The notes beneath the pieces were generated by a model. The model was not told where the DNA came from and searched no databases. It saw nothing but the letters and a program-made list of their open reading frames with translations. Shown here in pieces: positions 14,243 through 21,584 of a stretch of DNA of 32,000 bases. Position 1 is the first letter of the stretch; each line of letters opens with the position of its first letter. The DNA lies in assembly GCF_000015225.1 (NCBI RefSeq), contig NC_008698.1, positions 600,001-632,000 of the forward strand, read 5' to 3'. The stretch comes from Thermofilum pendens Hrk 5 (lineage in GTDB: Archaea > Thermoproteota > Thermoprotei > Thermofilales > Thermofilaceae). Made by a program: the position numbers and the translations under genes.

Positions 14243-16073
14243 TGCGTGTTTGTGGTTGCGGTTTAAGCATTTCGAGATGCTTAAACGTGTACTCGACTAC
14301 GGGGCACTTGTAGTTACAAGTCCCGCAGTGGATGCACGTGGATTCGTTGACCTTTATCCCTCCGTTCTCTGAATCTATGCTTATAGACTTCGTGGGGCAC
14401 CAGTTGGAGCACTCTAAACATTCTACGCAGAAATACGACCTTATCAAAACCCTGTCGACAAGTTCTAGCTCGCTAGCCGTAGCTTCACGCTTAAATCTCA
14501 GCGCTACGGCATTTCCTGTTACCTGTACGCTTTCTATTTCGAGCGGTTTGTTAAGGGTGTGCCAAAGGTTTCGAACTTTCTCCTCGATAATGCGCACCGA
14601 GGGGTTATGAAGCCTGTACTCTACGGTATTGCCTGATGCGTGTCTGTCGTAGCGCGCTCCTCTCCTCGCCTGGACCTGGGAGACACAGATCCTCTGTATA
14701 TCCTTCGGGGGTCTAACCCACCTCCAGAGTCCAAATTTAACCCATTCCTCGCCTAGACCGTTCATCTGGGCGTAGCTCTCCAGGTAGGACTTCCACTTAT
14801 CATAGAGACCAGGCTTAACAATCCTTAAAAGGTCGAGTTCTCCCATCTCGCTTGCCGGGCAGAGCCAGCAGCCGAGCCTGTCGAATCCGTAGTAGTAGAG
14901 TTTGTTCACCGGCAACCTCTCCATGAAGATGTACAGCCAAATATCCATCGCGCTCCAATCGTGCACCGGGCTTGCCGCCACCACGCCTGGAAGCCAGTAG
15001 TTCCGCCAGATTCTTGGAGAGAGGGCCCTAGCGCTCGACTCGTACTTTCTCTGCCCTACGAGGCTCAGGGCTCCCTCTGGGAAGAATTTCTTCACGGCCC
15101 TAGAGATCGTCGAGAACTTAGTCACCTTGCAGCACCACCTGTAGTCTCTCGCAGGGGGCCCCATGACTGGGAGTGCTCTCCAAAAGTTGTCGCCGGCATC
15201 CGCCTCTATGAGTTCAACGCCGTAGTAGTCCGCGATTCTCCTAGCGTACTCTACCGTCTCCTCGAACTCGAGGCCCGTGTTATTGAAGAGGGCTTTCACC
15301 TTCTCGTTTCCAAGGGCCTTGACTGCGAGGTGGAGAGTTACGAGGCTGTCTTTGCCTCCCGAGAGAGATACGAAGACGGGTAGCCGGTACTTCTCGGCAA
15401 CCTCTCTGATGAAGCTTACGGCTTCAGCCTCCTTTGCGAGCAGGTATTCCCTGTTGCGTAGCACCGCGGTACTCCAGTCAGGGTCTCTAGAGAGCCACGC
15501 CCTGGGCCTCGCCCTCCAGGCCTTCAGCACGTAGATCCTTCTGTTCCTGAGCATAGCTCCTACGCCGTAGAAGTCCCCGCTCTTCGTGCCTATGGTTACG
15601 TACTCGTCCCCCTCAGGAAGGTTAGCCTCTACTACCGAGTCCTTCTTCACAACGTAGCCTCTCGACAACCTTGGCAAATCTACAATAGCGTAGTACCCTT
15701 TCCTATTCCTCAGGGCTTCCTCAGCGCCAGCATACAGCGGCTTGAACCGCCATCGCTCCGACCTCAGGTCGTAGAGTAGATGCCCGGCTACCTGACCGTC
15801 GATAACTACTTCTTCCGCGAGGTCGGGATACGGGACCTTGTTCACCAGGGCTATCTTACGCCTGGGAAAGGGAGGGTCTCCACCGAAGTATGTCTCGATG
15901 ACCCTGAAGACAAACTTGTAATAGTGGCCGACGAGGGGCCTTGCGTCGCCTGGAGGAGAGAGGCGGACTCTGAAGCACGGCTCACTATTCGAAGCGGTAA
16001 GCCGTGGGAGGTTCTCTTTTAAATCCCACCATACATGAACCTGGGAGCGTTTAAGCACCTCGAAACTCGACAT
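14229..16073 (-). CDS. PAPS-reductase-superfamily PP-loop protein (DndC/IbrA-like GCWxC subtype) fused to a 2x[4Fe-4S] ferredoxin domain
   Basis: PP-loop SLSGGKDS, RLGCWLCPA motif, and C-terminal CVECLECSNWCP and CIHCGTCNYKCP ferredoxin motifs. 614 aa with about 220 aa of uncharacterised N-terminal region. Confidence 0.85.
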   Translation of the reverse strand: MSSFEVLKRSQVHVWWDLKENLPRLTASNSEPCFRVRLSPPGDARPLVGHYYKFVFRVIETYFGGDPPFPRRKIALVNKVPYPDLAEEVVIDGQVAGHLLYDLRSERWRFKPLYAGAEEALRNRKGYYAIVDLPRLSRGYVVKKDSVVEANLPEGDEYVTIGTKSGDFYGVGAMLRNRRIYVLKAWRARPRAWLSRDPDWSTAVLRNREYLLAKEAEAVSFIREVAEKYRLPVFVSLSGGKDSLVTLHLAVKALGNEKVKALFNNTGLEFEETVEYARRIADYYGVELIEADAGDNFWRALPVMGPPARDYRWCCKVTKFSTISRAVKKFFPEGALSLVGQRKYESSARALSPRIWRNYWLPGVVAASPVHDWSAMDIWLYIFMERLPVNKLYYYGFDRLGCWLCPASEMGELDLLRIVKPGLYDKWKSYLESYAQMNGLGEEWVKFGLWRWVRPPKDIQRICVSQVQARRGARYDRHASGNTVEYRLHNPSVRIIEEKVRNLWHTLNKPLEIESVQVTGNAVALRFKREATASELELVDRVLIRSYFCVECLECSNWCPTKSISIDSENGGIKVNESTCIHCGTCNYKCPVVEYTFKHLEMLKPQPQTRTTAS

Positions 16074-16177
16074 CGTCTCCTTGCTCCTAGGTTTACGCGA
16101 ACTAATAAATACTCGCGCGCTGTAAAATGAATGCTAGGTTTATAGGTGGCGCGCTGGAAGGGTAATACTGATGTAAT

Positions 16178-16300
16178 ATGCTCGTAGAGCTGGCGTTAAT
16201 CGTGGTGGGGCTCGTCGTTACCTATGCTTTATCGCGTCGCAGGATTCGCGCTAGAAACAGCGTTAAATACAGGGTATACGGTTACAGGATAATTGTTTAA
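16178..16300 (+). CDS. Possible 40-aa single-TM micro-protein
   Basis: My translation is MLVELALIVVGLVVTYALSRRRIRARNSVKYRVYGYRIIV, a hydrophobic helix plus a basic tail. TATA-like GGTTTATAGG lies about 32-42 nt upstream. Too short to be confident. Confidence 0.3.
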   Translation: MLVELALIVVGLVVTYALSRRRIRARNSVKYRVYGYRIIV

Positions 16301-16420
16301 TATTGATCGAAGGATAAGCGTTTTCTTTTCTAAATCGTTAAACTTAGATTTATTTGTGTAGTTAATTTGTGAAAGGGGGTAGGTAATGGCGTTCAAGGCT
16401 ATCGCTCAAGGTGAGCCAGG

Positions 16421-17971
16421 ATGAGCGAGAAGTTCCGAGGCCTCAGTCCAGCGGAATTTTTCCATCGAAACCGCGAGATAGCGGGGTTCTCGAATCCCGC
16501 CAGGGCGCTTTACCAAGCTGTAAGAGAGCTCGTCGAAAACTCTCTTGACGCGACTGAGACTCATGGGATTCTACCGTTTATAGACGTCGAGATAAGGTTG
16601 CACGAGGAGAGGCCTGAGTGGGTTGTTTTAAGAGTCGCGGACAACGGTATCGGTATACCTCTAAGCGAAGTGCCAAATGTGTTCGGCAGAGTGTTCTACG
16701 GGTCTAAGTACGTTGTTCGTCAGACGCGCGGTGTATTCGGGTTAGGAGTGAAGATGGCAGTGCTCTACGCGCAGATGACGACGGCTAGACCTATCTATGT
16801 TAAGAGTTCTCCTATAAACTCGCGGTACGTCGGGGAGTACCTACTCTACATAGACATTAGCAGGAACATTCCTCATGTGCAGAAAATGCGTATAAAGAAG
16901 AAGACGAAGAACTGGCACGGCACCATAGTTAAGCTAACGCTGGAAGGGTCTTGGGTTCAGGCAAAGAAGAGAATAGAGGACTACATTAGGCGTACCGCGC
17001 TTATCTCGCCTTACGCCACCATTAGGTACAGGTCTCCAGACGGCGAGCTGATTTTCAAAAGGGTTTCAAGGGAGCTCCCCCAGCCTCCCGAGATCGGAAA
17101 GTATCATCCTCGGGGCGTTGACGTAGAGGTATTGAAGGAACTCATAAGGGCTACTAACAATGCGTCTGAAGTTACGCTTCTAGAGTTTCTAGTAAAGCAC
17201 TTCGAGGGCGTCGGGGAGAAGAAGGCTACGGAGTTCCTCCAGTGGAGCGGCTTCTCGCCGGATACCAAGCTGACCGAGCTGAAGCTGGCGGACCTCGAAG
17301 TCCTCGCGTCGAAGATGAAGACTTTCCCTGGTTGGCGCCGCCCACGCCCGCTGACACTCTCGCCGCTAGGCGCGGATCTACTGAAGAAGGGCGTTAAGAG
17401 CATCCTGAAACCAGAGTTCGTAGCCGCGGTGACGCGCCCCCCCTCCTCGTACAGTGGCCACGCCTTTATAGTTGAGGCTGCGATAGCCTATGGCGGCGAG
17501 ATTCCTCCCCAAGATACTGTTATGCTACTCCGCTTTGCGAATAAGATGCCTCTTCTCTACGACGAGGGTGTAGACGTGTCCAGGAAGATCATTGACAGCA
17601 TAGACTGGAGTATCTACAAGGTGAAGCTACCTGCTCCCGTTGCCGTTGTGACGCATGTGTGTTCTACGAAAATACCCTTCAAGGGTGTTGGGAAAGAGGC
17701 TATAGCCGATGTTCCGGAGGTTGAGCACGAGCTGGAGATAGCTATTAGGGACGTAGCAAGAAGGCTTAGGGCGTACTTGTCTAGGATGGAGAAGCTCTAC
17801 GAGGTGAAGAGAAAGGAGGTAACAATCAGGAAGTACATGGGGGAAGTTTCAAGCGCGCTAGCGTACATAGTCAACAGGGATCCCGAGGAGATTAACGCTT
17901 TAATCGAAGAGCTACTTAAGAAAGAACTAGCGAAGAAAGAGGTGAGGCCGGATGTCGTCTCAGAGTCCTAA
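16421..17971 (+). CDS. top6B: DNA topoisomerase VI subunit B
   Basis: GHKL/Bergerat ATPase motifs ELVENSLDA, DNGIGIP and GVFGLG. N-terminus FRGLSPAEFFHRNREIAGF is typical. Overlaps top6A by 20 nt. Confidence 0.95.
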   Translation: MSEKFRGLSPAEFFHRNREIAGFSNPARALYQAVRELVENSLDATETHGILPFIDVEIRLHEERPEWVVLRVADNGIGIPLSEVPNVFGRVFYGSKYVVRQTRGVFGLGVKMAVLYAQMTTARPIYVKSSPINSRYVGEYLLYIDISRNIPHVQKMRIKKKTKNWHGTIVKLTLEGSWVQAKKRIEDYIRRTALISPYATIRYRSPDGELIFKRVSRELPQPPEIGKYHPRGVDVEVLKELIRATNNASEVTLLEFLVKHFEGVGEKKATEFLQWSGFSPDTKLTELKLADLEVLASKMKTFPGWRRPRPLTLSPLGADLLKKGVKSILKPEFVAAVTRPPSSYSGHAFIVEAAIAYGGEIPPQDTVMLLRFANKMPLLYDEGVDVSRKIIDSIDWSIYKVKLPAPVAVVTHVCSTKIPFKGVGKEAIADVPEVEHELEIAIRDVARRLRAYLSRMEKLYEVKRKEVTIRKYMGEVSSALAYIVNRDPEEINALIEELLKKELAKKEVRPDVVSES

Positions 17972-19091
17972 AGGAAAGGTGGCGGCGCCCTCCGACTCCG
18001 AGGTTCTTGCGAAGCTTGAGTCGCTGGCGAAGAAACTAGTGGAGCAGATGGAATCAGGAGTGCCACCTTACCTTGTCATTCCAGTGAGAACCATGGCGAA
18101 CACGATCTGGGATCGGAAACGTAAACTGCTAGTCCTAGGGCCCAAGACTGCCAGGAGAGAGTTTTTCGACATAGGAGAATCCAAGCGGTTTATGCAGACA
18201 GTACTCATGCTTTCACTCATCGTTCAGGCTCGGCGGGAGGGCGATTACCCGACCATAAGGGAACTCTACTATAGGGGTAAGCGCACAATCAAGTATACGG
18301 ACGAGCGCGGCAATAAGGCCAGCGAGGAGACCTGGGATGACCAGAGAGAATCCAACGCCGTGATACAAGACATAGAGGTCGCCACAGGGCTACTAAGAGA
18401 GCACATGGGTGTCACGCACGACGCTAAGGGGAGGATAGTTGGAAACATGATTATACGCTCGAAGGGCGACGAGATAGATTTATCAAAGATGGGTAGCGGT
18501 GCCTGGGGGATTCCGAGCTTCGTCGATAAAATTGAAATACTTAGGGTTGAAGCCGACTACGTGCTAGTTGTGGAGAAAGGAGCTGTTTTCGAGAAGCTAA
18601 ACGAGGAGGAGTTCTGGAAGAAGAACAACTGTATCCTGGTAACGGGCAAGGGGCAACCAGACAGGAGTACGAGAAGGATGGTTAGGAGGCTATGGGAGGA
18701 GTTCGGCCTTCCGGTATACATCTTGACCGACGGAGATAGCTATGGCTTTTACATTTACAGCGTCTACAGAAGCGGCTCAATCTCGCTGAGCTACGAAAGC
18801 GAGAGGCTAGCTACTCCCGAGGCGAGGTTCCTGGGAGTCTCGCCTTCTGACATAGAACGCTACGAACTACAGGGATTCACTATAAAAGCCACGGAGAGGG
18901 ATCTTAAACGCGCGAAAGAGCTGATGAATTACCCGTGGTTTAAGGAGTCTAAGCGCTGGATGGAAGAACTGGAACTCTTCTTAGAGAAGAAGGAAAAGGT
19001 CGAAATAGAAGCTTTCGCTAAGCACGGCCTTAAATACCTCAGCTCAGAGTATATACCTAAAAAGATAAAGAATAAGCAGTGGATAATCTAA
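17952..19091 (+). CDS. top6A: DNA topoisomerase VI subunit A (Spo11-like)
   Basis: Catalytic-tyrosine region IRELYYRG, and Toprim motifs VVEKGAVF and LTDGDSYG. Confidence 0.95.
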   Translation: MSSQSPKGKVAAPSDSEVLAKLESLAKKLVEQMESGVPPYLVIPVRTMANTIWDRKRKLLVLGPKTARREFFDIGESKRFMQTVLMLSLIVQARREGDYPTIRELYYRGKRTIKYTDERGNKASEETWDDQRESNAVIQDIEVATGLLREHMGVTHDAKGRIVGNMIIRSKGDEIDLSKMGSGAWGIPSFVDKIEILRVEADYVLVVEKGAVFEKLNEEEFWKKNNCILVTGKGQPDRSTRRMVRRLWEEFGLPVYILTDGDSYGFYIYSVYRSGSISLSYESERLATPEARFLGVSPSDIERYELQGFTIKATERDLKRAKELMNYPWFKESKRWMEELELFLEKKEKVEIEAFAKHGLKYLSSEYIPKKIKNKQWII

Positions 19092-19137
19092 CGCTTTTTC
19101 GTAGATCTCTGCTTGACAGATCAAAAGGTTTTACACA

Positions 19138-19365
19138 CTATTCGTGCGCTACTAAAGTTACCGTTTGCTCAACGTCTTTTAATCCTCGAACCATGGAGAT
19201 TATTTTGTCGAGCTCTGCAAGCGAAGGTGCTTGAATTTTGATGATAATGTCCCAGAGCCCGTAGGTAATGTCTACGTCGTTTACGAACGGGAATGTTTTT
19301 AGCTGGTTTGCCACATCGTACTCTTTTCCTGGACGCGTGTTAATCAGTATGTAGCCTTTTACCAT
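19138..19365 (-). CDS. Stand-alone Lrp/AsnC-type ligand-binding (RAM) domain protein
   Basis: 75 aa. MVKGYILINTRPGKEYDVANQLKTFPFVNDVDITYGLWDIIIKI is a typical RAM-domain beta-alpha-beta-beta-alpha-beta pattern. TATA-like AAGTATTTAAAGC lies about 30 nt upstream on the minus strand. Confidence 0.8.
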   Translation of the reverse strand: MVKGYILINTRPGKEYDVANQLKTFPFVNDVDITYGLWDIIIKIQAPSLAELDKIISMVRGLKDVEQTVTLVAHE

Positions 19366-19503
19366 CTCCGAGCCGTTTAATCGATTGCTAGAAGCTTTAA
19401 ATACTTATCTCAGATATAGCGGATAATTTTTCAACCAAGGCGATACGACGTGCTCTAAGGTTTTCTTTAAGATTCCTCGGTTCCAAGGAAATGCCGGTAA
19501 CTC

Positions 19504-19716
19504 TTAGCCGCCGGGTTTCAGCGTGAAGTAAGCACGAGTAGCATTCGTAGTTTTCGCCGTTGGCTGAAGGGGCTGTGAGCCTGTCTTTTGAAGTTCTCCC
19601 ATAGGGGAGAGCTCGAGGGTGGGGGTCTCGGCTGGGATGCTCCGGGGGGCTGTCAGGAGCGATGATAGTAGCAATATTGCCACCAGTAATAGGAACCCGT
19701 AGAGAACTTTATCCAT
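19504..19716 (-). CDS. Small secreted or membrane-anchored protein (70 aa), last gene of the minus-strand trio
   Basis: N-terminus MDKVLYGFLLLVAILLLSSLL, then a P/T-rich tail with one sequon (NAT). The ATG overlaps the upstream stop (ATGGATAA) and is preceded by GGTGAT. Confidence 0.5.
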   Translation of the reverse strand: MDKVLYGFLLLVAILLLSSLLTAPRSIPAETPTLELSPMGELQKTGSQPLQPTAKTTNATRAYFTLKPGG

Positions 19717-20809
19717 GGATTATCACCAGGTTTCTACCGGCGGATAGCCCTGCCAGCGCCGCGAGCGCCGCGGCTGGTAGCCATAGGGGGAGGAGTAACG
19801 GTGTGCCGAAGGAGAGCGCCGAGATGCCTCCCGAGTACGCCATGCATGCGAACAGCAGGTAGGCGAGGAACCACTGCTCCAACCCTCTTACATCGGCTGG
19901 GACGCCGACGCTCTGCAGTAGCTCGACCCGTGCGATGCTCTCGAGAAGCTGTGAGATGAGGCTGGAGGCGAACCCGAGGAGAAAGAGACCTACCAGGTTT
20001 GTCAGCCCATTCAAGAGTGCTCGTGCTTGGAGCGAGTGGAGGATGCGGAGGATCTTCTCGTAGGTATTCTTCAGTCCGAGCATCGCTTCTCGGTCCGTTC
20101 CCCAGTAAGCGGATAGGAAGAGGCTTAGCCTGACGCTCGGAGTAAGGTTGCTCACGAACTTTCCTGCGAGGAGTTTCTCTGGCTTCACGGTTTTAAAGGC
20201 GTGGAACGGGGCAGAGGCCACCCGGACGAGTAGCTCTAGGTTCTCGCGTAGCTCCCGCTGAACCCTTGTCACTAGTGTGAAGTTATAAAGAAAACCGGGC
20301 AGGGAAAACGCTGCGAGCGCGGCGAGCACCAACGCTGGGGGGAGGCTTAGAAGGGCTAGCGAGGCGAAGGGTAAGGCGGCGAGTATTACCTGGATAGGAC
20401 CGACTTTGAGGGCTCTTAGCTCTCTGGGGTACACCGAGCTATAAGTGAATATTATTACGGCGTTAAGGGTCATGAGCGCAAGGGTTAGGGGCGCTACCAT
20501 TCTTGGGTTGAAGAGAGCCAGGGAGTACAGCATTAGAGGCGCGCTGAGGAGTGTTATGGAGAAGATCTCTGCCAGCGACTCGGACTTCCTGCTGAAAGTC
20601 TCCAGCTTCGTCTCCAGCCTTGACACTTTCTCGCCGAGAATGGTTCGCAGCGCGTGACGTGAACCGCTCTCCTCATCGCTACGCGCAGCTTCTAGAAGGC
20701 TTCTCGAGGCCTTGTACGAGTAGCCGTGCTCCTCGAGCCACTTGAAGACGTGGGAAGGCGGCGCCTCCGTGTAGGAGAGAAGGAGAAGTAGCTCCAAGTC
20801 TTCGAGCAA
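19709..20809 (-). CDS. Polytopic membrane protein, possibly TadC/FlaJ/GspF (T2SS-F)-like platform protein
   Basis: 366 aa. Two roughly 80-100-aa helical soluble segments, each followed by clusters of TM helices, which is the duplicated architecture of T2SSF proteins. TTG start is preceded by GGGGTG. The family assignment is by architecture only and is not motif-proven. Confidence 0.6.
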   Translation of the reverse strand: MLEDLELLLLLSYTEAPPSHVFKWLEEHGYSYKASRSLLEAARSDEESGSRHALRTILGEKVSRLETKLETFSRKSESLAEIFSITLLSAPLMLYSLALFNPRMVAPLTLALMTLNAVIIFTYSSVYPRELRALKVGPIQVILAALPFASLALLSLPPALVLAALAAFSLPGFLYNFTLVTRVQRELRENLELLVRVASAPFHAFKTVKPEKLLAGKFVSNLTPSVRLSLFLSAYWGTDREAMLGLKNTYEKILRILHSLQARALLNGLTNLVGLFLLGFASSLISQLLESIARVELLQSVGVPADVRGLEQWFLAYLLFACMAYSGGISALSFGTPLLLPLWLPAAALAALAGLSAGRNLVIIHG

Positions 20810-20826
20810 AAAGAAACACCCCTATT

Positions 20827-21201
20827 TTAAGATCTTAGGAGTGTGACCTTTATTGCCCCGTACTTCGTCTCGATGATAGCGGTCTTCGCGGAGGTAGGAG
20901 CGGACGTTAGAGTCAGTGCAGAGGTGCACTTAGCCACGTCCCCGTTCCTCAGTAGTGCAGGAGTGCAAGTCAGCTGAGCAGGGCCCGCGTTAAGGTCGGG
21001 GATAGTTATGTTAGCACCGGTAAGGTCGGCGGGCGTGCTCCCTATGTTCTGGAGGTACACTATCACCTGGTAAGAGGTCCCAGACCCTGTGAGGAGTGCG
21101 TCGCCCGCCTGAACCAGTACAGGCCTGTTGGTCGCGCCGCTCGCAACACTGTAGAGGAAGTAGCCTATCAGTGCGACGACCGATAGTGTGACGATTAACA
21201 T
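20827..21201 (-). CDS. Archaeal type IV pilin-like protein (N-terminal hydrophobic helix plus beta-rich domain)
   Basis: MLIVTLSVVALIGYFLY is followed by QVIVYLQNIGSTPADLTGANITIPD. This V-x-L-x-N-x-G...DL...I-x-I pattern is common in archaeal pilin-like (DUF1628-type) proteins. No basic pre-sequence in the annotated frame (see finding on 21199-21238). Confidence 0.65.
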   Translation of the reverse strand: MLIVTLSVVALIGYFLYSVASGATNRPVLVQAGDALLTGSGTSYQVIVYLQNIGSTPADLTGANITIPDLNAGPAQLTCTPALLRNGDVAKCTSALTLTSAPTSAKTAIIETKYGAIKVTLLRS

Positions 21202-21205
21202 GATG

Positions 21206-21225
21206 CTTCTTCCGACTTCTTCGGA
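21206..21225. repeat. Imperfect 10-nt tandem duplication in the 5' leader of the pilin-like gene
   Basis: Plus strand CTTCTTCCGA (21206-21215) and CTTCTTCGGA (21216-21225), 9/10 identical. It also folds as hairpin TCCGA-N5-TCGGA. Confidence 0.9.
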
Positions 21226-21256
21226 CGTTTTCTCTCACCTCGCTTGATCTTTACGG

Positions 21257-21268
21257 CAGTTTTTAACG
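21257..21268 (-). promoter_or_regulatory. TATA-like box for the minus-strand trio
   Basis: Minus strand reads CGTTAAAAACTG. With TATA at about -26, the predicted TSS is about 21237, coinciding with GTG 21238. Confidence 0.45.
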
Positions 21269-21296
21269 TGGGAACCGGAGCGCCCCTCCCATTCCG

Positions 21297-21307
21297 GGTT
21301 TAATAGC
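21297..21307 (+). promoter_or_regulatory. TATA-like box for the plus-strand 7-gene operon
   Basis: GGTTTAATAGC is centred about 21-26 nt upstream of GTG 21323, implying a leaderless first cistron. Confidence 0.45.
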
Positions 21308-21322
21308 GCTGAGACCTAGAGG

Positions 21323-21577
21323 GTGGTGAGCGTTGTGAGGTTCTTCGTGCTCGTTGCTTTAGCGTCGCTCCTCGTCTCTGCTCGTCTAACAGGGGAGCAT
21401 GCCACAACGCACGCCGGGACCTGCTTCTGCCTCGCCGAGGTACAACGAGGAGCCAGGGTAAAGCCTCTAAGCAATAACTGTCCGATGGTACTCCTCGTGG
21501 AGTTCGAGCCTGCTTCCGGCGGCTCTACGGAGAGGCTCGTTCTCTGCGATGGTTACGTGAAGATAGGGGAGGGGTGA
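21323..21577 (+). CDS. Small secreted or anchored Cys-containing protein (84 aa), first gene of the plus operon
   Basis: N-terminus VVRFFVLVALASLLVSA is signal- or anchor-like, with 4 Cys. There is a 7-nt gap to the next gene. Confidence 0.5.
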   Translation: MVSVVRFFVLVALASLLVSARLTGEHATTHAGTCFCLAEVQRGARVKPLSNNCPMVLLVEFEPASGGSTERLVLCDGYVKIGEG

Positions 21578-21584
21578 AAAGGTT

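Noticed and set aside
21011-21238. 75-aa Arg-rich ORF starting at the GTG predicted as the leaderless start
   Set aside because: The sequence (MRENVRRSRKKHHVNRHTIGRRTDR...) is not protein-like beyond the first approximately 8 residues, and it overlaps the pilin-like ORF in another frame. I kept it only as evidence for the frameshift or duplication finding.
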